From positions 110,796 to 174,795 of the forward strand of contig CAYNQS010000002.1 in the NCBI GenBank assembly GCA_964399485.1: a stretch of 64,000 nt of DNA, in the 5' to 3' direction. The position numbers and the translations under genes are program-made. Origin of the DNA: an uncultured Candidatus Bathyarchaeia archaeon (lineage in GTDB: Archaea; Thermoproteota; Bathyarchaeia; Bathyarchaeales; Bathyarchaeaceae). The notes below the pieces were generated by a model. The model was given only the letters and a program-made list of their open reading frames with translations. It made no database searches and was not told the DNA's origin. Every line of letters starts with the position of its first letter. The first letter of the stretch is position 1. Of this stretch, positions 40,417-49,008 are shown piece by piece.

Positions 40417-41205
40417 TCACCATCTCTTCCATTTTGTTTTCTTTTGCAGAATGCATATGCTGACTGTGACTGCAACAAATATGAGCAGCATAACTGTGCC
40501 AGTGGGAAACTCAGGTATTACTGTCCAGCCGTCCATGTTTGTTTCTATTAGTTCTAACGTCGCATTGTAGCTGAAAATGTTTTCACTCATATCAAATGCG
40601 TCTGTTGCACTACTTTGGAAATAAACTCGGATTCCAGTTTCTTTGTCAAAGAGGTATTCATAGTGATAAACAACATCGAAAAAGTTCCAATCCCAAATCA
40701 TCACATTCGTTTCCTTTGGTCCACTTTCATATTCACGCATTATTGACGCGTTTAGACATCTTGCTGGCATTGGCTGGCCAAAGAATGTAGTTTCAGGCCG
40801 TATTTCGGTACCTTCTTCAAGATTAGCGCCGATAACCGTCAGCGGTGTGGTGCTTGTCATGTTTTCTTCCAGAGTAGACACAGTTTCAGTGCCATTTTTC
40901 CAATGTGTTGTAACCTCAAAAGTTACAATTAATTCCTCAACATCCGTAACTTTATACTCCAGCCAATCGGACTCATTATACGTTTGCAGATATTCCAGAG
41001 ACGACGTAGGCGGGAATGATCCATCGCCTTCCCACAAAACAAGAGTGCCTTTGTATTTGAATGTGTCACCTACCTCGATGCCAACGTCCCAGTCATATTG
41101 AGACAGAGCTGGAACAATCATTGCAGACAATACAAATACTGAAACAATCAGAGCAGTTAACGAAGTTGCTTTAACTTTTATTCTATTGCGATTTTTCTTC
41201 GTCAT
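40417..41205 (-). CDS. Secreted protein with PEF-CTERM-like sorting signal
   Basis: Signal peptide; C-terminal IPEFP + TM + basic tail. Confidence 0.8.
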   Translation of the reverse strand: MTKKNRNRIKVKATSLTALIVSVFVLSAMIVPALSQYDWDVGIEVGDTFKYKGTLVLWEGDGSFPPTSSLEYLQTYNESDWLEYKVTDVEELIVTFEVTTHWKNGTETVSTLEENMTSTTPLTVIGANLEEGTEIRPETTFFGQPMPARCLNASIMREYESGPKETNVMIWDWNFFDVVYHYEYLFDKETGIRVYFQSSATDAFDMSENIFSYNATLELIETNMDGWTVIPEFPTGTVMLLIFVAVTVSICILQKKTKWKRW

Positions 41206-41294
41206 CTTTTTTCACCTCCCTCTGAATAGTTTAATCGGAGAATTAGATCCAAACATCGAAAATTAGTTAAAGCTCTTAATGGTACTTAAAATTG

Positions 41295-41318
41295 GGTTGG
41301 TTGCATGTACAACCAACC
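41295..41318. promoter_or_regulatory. Perfect inverted repeat, candidate operator
   Basis: GGTTGGTTG-CATGTA-CAACCAACC between divergent genes, 23 nt before the TrmB start. Confidence 0.55.
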
Positions 41319-41341
41319 GATATGATTAGATGTGATTTAAA

Positions 41342-43396
41342 GTGAAGGAGGGGACAATAAAAAAGACCTTAAAAAATTTTGGTTTATCTGAGAAGCAAGC
41401 AGAAGTCTACATTTTTCTTGGGAAAAGTGGTCCCCTGAAAGGCGGTGAGATTACTAAACGTTTAAAGATGAATAAAGGTCAGGTTTATCGCATCCTAAGA
41501 AAACTTGAAAAGAAAGGGGTAGTTGAGGAAACCCTTGAATTCCCTGCTCGTTTTACTGCTGTTCCATTGGAAACGGTAATTAACTCTTTTGTCAAATCTA
41601 AACGGGAGGAAGTTGCTCATGTAGAAGAAGCAAAAGAAGACTTGCTTTCTGATTGGAAGAAAATTAGTCAAAGCGAGCTTGATTCTTCATTAGAAAAATT
41701 CTCTGTGATTGAAGGAAAAAAGAAAATCTTTCACAAAATATCTCAAATGATCAACGAGACTAACAGTCAATTTTCTATGAAATCAACGGTTTCTGATCTG
41801 TTTAAAGCTGAACAGTTTGGAGTATTTGATATATTAAATAAGCATCCTATGAAATCTCAGTTTCGAATTCTCACTCAAACATCAAAGCAGAATTTGAAAG
41901 CAATAAAACTTCTCAAAACAAAATTGAAGCCGATACTTGATTTCAGAGGAAAAGATCCTAGCTTAGGTTCGCCTACGTTTACCAGAATGGCGATACGAGA
42001 TAATGAGGAGATTATTCTGTTCATTTCAGATAAGAATAAAGCGTCTTTGAATGATGGGAAAGAAGTCTGTCTTTGTACTAACTGCAAGTCAATTATCGAA
42101 GCATTCTCGACTATCTTTGAGGATTCATGGAAAGATTCAACAAATATTGAAGATTGGATTACTGAAATCGAAACTGGAAAAACACCACCTAAAACCCAGG
42201 TTATCAAAGATCCTGTAGCCGCTAGGAATCTTTACTATAAGGTTTTAGATTCCGCTAAAGAGGAAATATTGATTGTCACATCTTCAAACGGCTTGATTGG
42301 ATTACTTAATGACAAATTAAGACTCAGGCAATGGTATGATCGGGGTATCATCATTAGGGTTATGGCTCCGATAATTGGTGAAAATCTGAATGCAGCTCAG
42401 GAACTAATGGAATTCTGTGAAGTTAGACATATTCCTGTAGGTTACCTCGAGACTACAATTGTTGATGGGTGTCATCTTTTTCAGTTCAAATATCCGGAAG
42501 AAGAACGGAAGTCTGTCCAAACCCCGTTTTTTGGGAATACTTTCCATACTAATGATATTAACTATGTTAAGAAAACTAGGAAAATGCTTTTTGATATTTG
42601 GAGGAAAACTCGGATACCATCAGTCATAATGTTAGAATCTACTAGTGGGGGTCTTGAATCTACAAAATATCCCGGCTCCAAAGTGGAGACTCGTAATGTA
42701 TTGAGACGAGTTAGCTTTTTTAGATCCCTAAAGGATGAATTCGGGATAATAACTAGAGAGGAGGTTTTAGACAAATTTAATAATGCGAAAAAATATCCAA
42801 TAGACGATTATTCTGAAAAAACACCACCAGATATTGTTAGATATTTTGGTATTGCTGCCTTTGCCTTTTTTCTTCCACCAAGGATTTTTGAACTACCCAA
42901 ATTTATCATTGGATTGGTTAAAAATAATTATAAATCATCATTTGGTGCAGAGGATGTGATGTATGTCTATTTACTGACCAACAAAAAAGATAGTTATTAT
43001 TCTGAAAACGTTGCCGTTATTCAAACCAATCCAAAAGCGATGAGTTTTCGTAAGATTGATCATGTAAATACTCCAGCGGCAAAGAATATCAGATTATTAA
43101 GAGAAGATCAGTTCCATGTTAGGAAGAGTGGTAACACTCTATTTGCAGGTTGGACAGTGCCAATACCTCTAATTCCTTCAAAGTATGTATTGCCACCTTC
43201 CTGCATTCTCTTTGAAGGATATGGTAAAATCAAGTCAGGGAAATTGAGTACAGTTCTTCCTTCGGGGCGAAAGAATGAAGTTGTTTACAATTGTTTAGAT
43301 GCATTTGTTACTTTCTTTCATCCATCATCAAAATATTCTGGTTCTGGTACTGAAGGATTCATTGACACAGAAGTCGTGCGTACATCATATTCCTGA
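41342..43396 (+). CDS. Large TrmB-family transcriptional regulator
   Basis: FGLSEKQAEVYIFL HTH, two effector-like domains (IRDNEE; SAKEEILIVTS..TIVDG), unknown C-terminal domain. Confidence 0.85.
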   Translation: MKEGTIKKTLKNFGLSEKQAEVYIFLGKSGPLKGGEITKRLKMNKGQVYRILRKLEKKGVVEETLEFPARFTAVPLETVINSFVKSKREEVAHVEEAKEDLLSDWKKISQSELDSSLEKFSVIEGKKKIFHKISQMINETNSQFSMKSTVSDLFKAEQFGVFDILNKHPMKSQFRILTQTSKQNLKAIKLLKTKLKPILDFRGKDPSLGSPTFTRMAIRDNEEIILFISDKNKASLNDGKEVCLCTNCKSIIEAFSTIFEDSWKDSTNIEDWITEIETGKTPPKTQVIKDPVAARNLYYKVLDSAKEEILIVTSSNGLIGLLNDKLRLRQWYDRGIIIRVMAPIIGENLNAAQELMEFCEVRHIPVGYLETTIVDGCHLFQFKYPEEERKSVQTPFFGNTFHTNDINYVKKTRKMLFDIWRKTRIPSVIMLESTSGGLESTKYPGSKVETRNVLRRVSFFRSLKDEFGIITREEVLDKFNNAKKYPIDDYSEKTPPDIVRYFGIAAFAFFLPPRIFELPKFIIGLVKNNYKSSFGAEDVMYVYLLTNKKDSYYSENVAVIQTNPKAMSFRKIDHVNTPAAKNIRLLREDQFHVRKSGNTLFAGWTVPIPLIPSKYVLPPSCILFEGYGKIKSGKLSTVLPSGRKNEVVYNCLDAFVTFFHPSSKYSGSGTEGFIDTEVVRTSYS

Positions 43397-43410
43397 AAAA
43401 GATAAATATC

Positions 43411-43965
43411 CTATATGTGTGGTAAAACTCGCATATACAATTTGTATCCTAAATATCCACCAATTATACCTCCACCTATCAAAAATGGAGACATTAAGAT
43501 TACGGTATTAGTGTACGCTGTAACAAATCCTGATGGAAAGTAAATGGGAAAAATTAGTATTTGCATAAGAGGAATTATTGAAAACGTTAGTAAACCTGTT
43601 AAGACTGACCACCACATTAACCCATCTCTGCTTTTAAAATGATTATAAAAACTATTGAGTATCAAATCAAGTGGAACGCCTGCCAAAATAATCACCAATC
43701 TAGGAAATATGTCAAAGGGGATTCCGCCAGTAGAAGTAGGCAAACTCAACAATGCATATAGAGCATTATGACAGAAGAATCGCCATCTTCTTCCTTCAAA
43801 TAACAAAAATGTGAGACTAATAAACGTCGCAAAAGCAAATGTAAAGATGAAGCTTGTTCCTTGGACACCAGTTATCATAGTAGCGAGTTGGAAAATTAAT
43901 ACCGTTAATACAAAAACAAGTACAGCTGTAATAATTACGAGTGCAACATCTCTGCTACTCCACAT
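43411..43965 (-). CDS. Multi-pass membrane protein (possibly ECF S-component-like)
   Basis: 5-6 TMs; W.SRD.....I start and GG..GGYLG.KL end. Confidence 0.6.
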   Translation of the reverse strand: MWSSRDVALVIITAVLVFVLTVLIFQLATMITGVQGTSFIFTFAFATFISLTFLLFEGRRWRFFCHNALYALLSLPTSTGGIPFDIFPRLVIILAGVPLDLILNSFYNHFKSRDGLMWWSVLTGLLTFSIIPLMQILIFPIYFPSGFVTAYTNTVILMSPFLIGGGIIGGYLGYKLYMRVLPHI

Positions 43966-44085
43966 CTATTAACTCCCCTCTAATGATTCAACATTTGAGT
44001 GGTTTAAGATATAATATTTTTCAACATTTTTTTCACTCCAAGGAAATTTTGCGGAAATAATAGGTCTCTAGGTCTGATTCATTAC

Positions 44086-44110
44086 GAGGGTTCAAACCCC
44101 TCCCCGTCCA
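44086..44110 (+). other. tRNA 3'-end-like fragment
   Basis: GAGGG-TTCAAAC-CCCTC T-arm then CCCGTCC-A; no matching 5' half nearby. Confidence 0.55.
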
Positions 44111-44347
44111 CTTTTGGATTATTTTTAAAAGGTATGAAGTAAAAATAACTTTTAACCTTCAAAGAAAAGATTTGGGGTAAACGAATTTCTGAAATTCATC
44201 AAACGACATTCTTATTAATCCCAAATCAAAATACTAGACTTCAAGGTGAAAGTATAACTGGTAAAAATTTGTGGATAACAGATGCCCTAACATTTGTCAG
44301 TGTATACTTAATAAACCCCATCCAAAATACAACAGTGAGGAAAAGTA

Positions 44348-44644
44348 ATGCCAGTTAAACGAAAGTCCAGAGGACGAGCAAAAGGCAGCAAAGGCAAAGG
44401 CGCATTGGTTCAGTGCGTAGGTTGCGGTCAGCAGGTACCCCGCGACAAAGCTAAACGAGTCTCACGAAGAGTCTCATTAGTGGACTCGCGCCTCTACAAG
44501 GAACTTCGTCAAAAGGGCACATACATTGCCAGCCGCACAGAAACAAAATATTATTGCGTTTCCTGCGCAGTGCATCGTGGCGTAGTAAAGGTGCGCTCGA
44601 AAGATGAGCGGAGAAGAGGCACCTCAAGAAGAAGTAGACGCTAA
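44348..44644 (+). CDS. rps26e: 30S ribosomal protein S26e
   Basis: MP.KRKSRGR, CVGCG..VPRDKA, YCVSCAVHR.VVKVR. Confidence 0.97.
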   Translation: MPVKRKSRGRAKGSKGKGALVQCVGCGQQVPRDKAKRVSRRVSLVDSRLYKELRQKGTYIASRTETKYYCVSCAVHRGVVKVRSKDERRRGTSRRSRR

Positions 44645-44669
44645 ACCGAAACACTCCTTTCTTTTTGAG

Positions 44670-45287
44670 TTATTGGGACGCCTTGCGGAAATAGATTGCC
44701 CGCTGAATTACAGTCAGATTTGTGAGAACCGCGAGAATAAGAACTCCCCAACATAGAGCGTCGAGCCAAACAAAGCTGAGGAAACTTGCTAATGCCAGTA
44801 ACACTAGGCGTTCTGCTCGTTCAGCTAAGCCCACGGACTCCATTTTCACTCCCGCAGCTTCTGCCCTTGCCCGAGCGTAACTGACCAGCATGGAGCCTAC
44901 GAGCGCAGCAAGACCCCACGATACTTCAGTTAATCCGCCGAGGATGATTCCGCAGATGACGATTGCGTCAGCGTATCTGTCAAGAAGGGAATCGAAGAAT
45001 CCGCCAAATTTTGTAACTTCCCCGCACAGTCTCGCTAATGCCCCGTCTAGGGCGTCGAGAAGACCAGAGGCAAGCATCAGAAGGGGAGCCAGTATCAGAA
45101 GGAGGGGATTAAGTTTCCATTGCCAGTAGGTGATGGCGGAAAGCACGGCAAAGGCTATCCCTAGGATGCTTACATGATTTGGGGACAAGCCCAGCTTATG
45201 AAGCATTTTTGCTTCTGAGGCGAACCACAGCTGGGCTCGCTGTTTAAGTTTCGTCAGCAACCATTCGTAGCCTCCAAGCTTCTCCAC
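44670..45287 (-). CDS. CDP-alcohol phosphatidyltransferase (archaetidylinositol phosphate synthase-like)
   Basis: SPN, D.LDG.LAR...G.F.DS..DRY.D, SYARARAE, ERAER; start may be TTG 45260. Confidence 0.9.
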   Translation of the reverse strand: MEKLGGYEWLLTKLKQRAQLWFASEAKMLHKLGLSPNHVSILGIAFAVLSAITYWQWKLNPLLLILAPLLMLASGLLDALDGALARLCGEVTKFGGFFDSLLDRYADAIVICGIILGGLTEVSWGLAALVGSMLVSYARARAEAAGVKMESVGLAERAERLVLLALASFLSFVWLDALCWGVLILAVLTNLTVIQRAIYFRKASQ

Positions 45288-45368
45288 TTCAACATCTGCT
45301 GAATACCTTAACGGGTTATGCTTTCTTAGAAATTGTGGTTACAACGTATTAAACAGCTTCTCTGGATG

Positions 45369-46823
45369 CTAGTATGCTAGGGCAACTCTTACAACGTTCA
45401 CCGCCTTTTCTCCGCAGACCAGACATTTTCCATCAACTTTTTCTGTGGTGTCTTCGGGAAATCCCAGCAGCCGAGCTTCAACCGTTTCCTCCAAGCTGTG
45501 ACCGCACTCGTCTTTGCTGCACCACGGAACCTCAACTATTCCTGCTTTCCTTTTCAGCAAACTTTTCGCCTCATCCAAACTGTCAACACGGTAAACGCGT
45601 TCTTTCATCCACCTCTCAGCGTTTGCCTTCAGGTCACTGGCCATCTCTTCCGTAAACGTTTGCATAGCCGAGGTTACGTCATCCATCTTCCACGTTTGCT
45701 TCTTCAAGTTGTCCCGCCTGACAATCGTTACCACTCCGTTCGCTAGGTCTCGGGGTCCTATCTCGATTCGGATGGGCACACCTCGCAGCTCCCAGTAATA
45801 GAACTTGTTTCCAGGAGTCAAATCTTCCCGCAAATCCAACTCAACGCGATACCCTGCGTCCTTAAGCTTGGCGGCAACAGTTCTGCAGACTTCGTTTACA
45901 TGCTCCTCTTTTCCCTTGTACGGAACAGGAACAACCACCACCTGTATGGGCGCTATTTTTGGAGGCAAAACGATGCCGTTGTCGTCTCCGTGGATGATCA
46001 GAACAGCGGCGATTCCTCTTCCAGAAATCCCGTAACTGGTCGTCCAGATATGCTCCTGACCGCCATCCTTGGTCTCGTAGGTTATGTCGAAGGCTTTGGC
46101 GAAGTTTTGCCCCAGATTATGCACAGTTCCGACCTGTAGAGTTCTGCCGTCGGGACATAGCATGTCAAGGGCTATCGTGTAAAGTGCTCCGGCAAACTTG
46201 TCCCAGTCAGGTCTGCGGGAAACAATGTAGGGAACGCCAACCTCATCAAAGAACCGTTTGTAGAGTTCCACAGCCTCCTTTACCTGTTTTTCGGCTTCCT
46301 CAGAGGTGGCGTGGCAGGTGTGGGCTTCCTTGAATGGTTCTACCTCCCGCATCCTCAGAATCGGACGGGTTGCCTTGGTTTCATGGCGGAAAACGTTCAC
46401 AACCTGATACATTTTCAGGGGCAGGTCTGCGTGGGAGCGAATCCAAAGCTTCAGCATAGGAGCTATAACGGTCTCGCTGGTGGGACGCAACGCATACCTG
46501 ACCTGTAGGGGTTCGAAACCGCCGTGGGTTACCCAGAAGCATTCTCCCTCGAAGCTCTTAACATGAGCGGATTCCTGCGCTAGGGAAGTTTCGGGAATCA
46601 GAAGAGGAAACAGGGTTTCGTCATGCCCTGCATTATCCAGTAAATTCCGTAGAATCTGGAGGCTGTTTCTTCTTATCTTGAAGCCGTAGGGCATCCAGAC
46701 TCCGCAGCCCTTGATGGGATATCGGTAATCCATTATGCCCGCGTTTATGAGCACATCGCGGAACCACTCACCAAAATTTTTGCTCCATTTCTGTCTCTTC
46801 ACAGCCAAACCTTGCACCTTCAA
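45369..46823 (-). CDS. proS: Prolyl-tRNA synthetase (archaeal/eukaryotic type)
   Basis: KGC.VW.PYG, LRPTSET, FRHE, DKFAGA, HNLGQNF, C-terminal Cys cluster and terminal AY. Confidence 0.97.
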   Translation of the reverse strand: MKVQGLAVKRQKWSKNFGEWFRDVLINAGIMDYRYPIKGCGVWMPYGFKIRRNSLQILRNLLDNAGHDETLFPLLIPETSLAQESAHVKSFEGECFWVTHGGFEPLQVRYALRPTSETVIAPMLKLWIRSHADLPLKMYQVVNVFRHETKATRPILRMREVEPFKEAHTCHATSEEAEKQVKEAVELYKRFFDEVGVPYIVSRRPDWDKFAGALYTIALDMLCPDGRTLQVGTVHNLGQNFAKAFDITYETKDGGQEHIWTTSYGISGRGIAAVLIIHGDDNGIVLPPKIAPIQVVVVPVPYKGKEEHVNEVCRTVAAKLKDAGYRVELDLREDLTPGNKFYYWELRGVPIRIEIGPRDLANGVVTIVRRDNLKKQTWKMDDVTSAMQTFTEEMASDLKANAERWMKERVYRVDSLDEAKSLLKRKAGIVEVPWCSKDECGHSLEETVEARLLGFPEDTTEKVDGKCLVCGEKAVNVVRVALAY

Positions 46824-46951
46824 ACGTTATCCTCTATTAGATGCCCTATAATTAAAAAATGATTGATATTAGTTTATACTAAAGAGGAAGGGTTGACAGG
46901 AAAAGGCATCTAACTGCAATGACTGTTATCCCAAATGCTTGAATAGAGAAA

Positions 46952-46978
46952 GGTTAAAATTTAACCCCAAAACCCAAA
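46952..46978. repeat. Intergenic palindrome family, left-truncated copy
   Basis: GGTTAAAATTTAACCCCAAAACCCAAA. Confidence 0.75.
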
Positions 46979-47047
46979 AAAAGCTATTATAAGCAGAAGA
47001 ATAGCTGAGCTGCTGAATTTATCTATGTTTAGCAACATTATATCATT

Positions 47048-48772
47048 TTAATCAAGTGAAGGATTATATTCCTCCACCACACTCAGTGCCTTGTTGCCCC
47101 CATACCCGCCAATTGCGTAGATTTTTCCGTTCACAACCGAAGCTGTCAAATCATACCTCGGTTTAGCCATGGATGATTTCTCAGTCCACAGATCCAATTC
47201 AGGGTCATAAGCCATAACTTCACGAAAAGGTCTATCCTCCGTACTCCTTCCACCAATCTTATACACCAAACCATCTGATGTTACGGTAGCAAGGTCGTAA
47301 GGGTTCCAATTAGATGCTATCTCTTCCCATGGACTTCCCGAAAAAGGTTTGAAACGGTAATTCCAGCCACCGGCAAATAAATACACGTAAGTACAGTCGG
47401 CAGTGATTGCAGGACCGTCCATGAGGCCATCTGGCTCCGTCTCCTCCACTAAAAACACAAAACCAGGATCTTCCTCATCTGTGTCATAAATAAGGAGTCT
47501 ACCAGTATACCGTGTTTTCGTCTCTCCAATGGCGTGCCCCCAATAGACGGACCTAAATAAAACCATATACCTGTCGGAAAAAACCGCAGATTCTAGAAAG
47601 ACAGGATTTGGAGTATTGAGCCATTCAAGGAGACCTATGTGTGTTGACGGCCAAGTATCTGTTACAGGATCGTACACCCTAATTGCATTATCCCCACCAA
47701 CCACAAATATAAAACCATTGATAGCCACACAGTTTGCAATAGGGCATGAGATTGGCATCGAAGCTTTGGTTGTCCAAGTGTCAGTAGCTGGATCATAAGC
47801 CTCAACAGAATCCAATGGTTGCCGATCTGATCCCATTCCACCAAAGACATATATTATTCCATCCACAACCGCTGCCCCATGGTTATAACGTGGGGTAGGC
47901 ATATCAGCTTTGCGAACCCATGAAGTAGATTCTAGGACGAAACCATCGCTCGCAGTTAAAGATGAATCAACAAGACCCAACTCACGTTTCCAACTGAATG
48001 AAGAAAAGAAATTACCACCAGAATCACTCCAACCATAGTAGTAGTAATATCCAACTAGACCAAGACCACCCTTGTAAAACTCTTTCCCATCAGTAGAAGA
48101 CCTTTCTCCTGTTGAGTATATTGTTATTCCTGTAACTGGATCGTGGAAGTTTCCCCCTTCACTTCTTGACACGCTCACACAATACGCTTCAGTGTTGATG
48201 TATTCGTTTTCTATTCTGGTTTGAGTAGGCTGGATATGAAGTTCATCAGGAAAATCTAGAAAGAATCCTCCACCTTGCCATACCCCTGTTTTTGCGTCAA
48301 AAATGGTTTTTAATGAGGCGCCATTATCGTCGGAGCCTAGGAGTTGGTTGTCAGAGACTGCTAAGTGTGTCCAGCGGAGGGTGTACTCAAAGTCATGGCA
48401 AGTTGTATCGCCTTTTATCTCTATCTTGTAGGCTGTAATGCCATCGATCAGAATGGCTTCGCCGAGTGTTATTATGAAGTCGCCGTATATTACGGAATGG
48501 ATACCACTGCTGCCTTGTACTGCTTCATTGTATTCTGAAGTCCAGTAGTAATTCCAGTAAGTTCCTGTTTCAAGTTCGAGGTTGAAACCGCTAATTGATG
48601 GGTGCTCTGTTGTTGTGTCGTCTGTGGTGTCGTCAGGTCCAGTTGTGTCATCGTCCCCATCTTCAGGTTCATCAGTTATAGGCTTTATCAGCATTGCTGA
48701 GGCTACTACAGCAACAATGATAATCAGAACTGTAAAAATAGTTACAATTAGATAAATACGCTTCAAAGTCAA
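47048..48772 (-). CDS. Membrane-anchored Kelch-repeat protein
   Basis: N-terminal TM, D/T linker, Kelch repeats (MPTPR..HGAAVVDG.IYVFGG; YDP..D.W). Confidence 0.85.
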   Translation of the reverse strand: MTLKRIYLIVTIFTVLIIIVAVVASAMLIKPITDEPEDGDDDTTGPDDTTDDTTTEHPSISGFNLELETGTYWNYYWTSEYNEAVQGSSGIHSVIYGDFIITLGEAILIDGITAYKIEIKGDTTCHDFEYTLRWTHLAVSDNQLLGSDDNGASLKTIFDAKTGVWQGGGFFLDFPDELHIQPTQTRIENEYINTEAYCVSVSRSEGGNFHDPVTGITIYSTGERSSTDGKEFYKGGLGLVGYYYYYGWSDSGGNFFSSFSWKRELGLVDSSLTASDGFVLESTSWVRKADMPTPRYNHGAAVVDGIIYVFGGMGSDRQPLDSVEAYDPATDTWTTKASMPISCPIANCVAINGFIFVVGGDNAIRVYDPVTDTWPSTHIGLLEWLNTPNPVFLESAVFSDRYMVLFRSVYWGHAIGETKTRYTGRLLIYDTDEEDPGFVFLVEETEPDGLMDGPAITADCTYVYLFAGGWNYRFKPFSGSPWEEIASNWNPYDLATVTSDGLVYKIGGRSTEDRPFREVMAYDPELDLWTEKSSMAKPRYDLTASVVNGKIYAIGGYGGNKALSVVEEYNPSLD

Positions 48773-48951
48773 ACCCGCCTAATATTTTGCCATTTATGTA
48801 CGAATGACTATATAATATTTTAATTAACTTGAACACTATTCTTTAATGCGCGCGCATTGACTAAATAATAATCGTTTGTGTGACTGTCAGTCAGTCTGTC
48901 CATATAGTGGTTGTGGTTGTGTCAGTCAGTACAGTCGTCGTGAAAGTTGAT

Positions 48952-48989
48952 GTTTGGGTTTGGGGTTAAAATTTAATCCTAAATCCAAC
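48952..48989. repeat. Intergenic palindrome, full copy
   Basis: GTTTGGGTTTGGGGTTAAAATTTAATCCTAAATCCAAC. Confidence 0.8.
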
Positions 48990-49008
48990 ATGGAATCAAA
49001 CATGCCAG

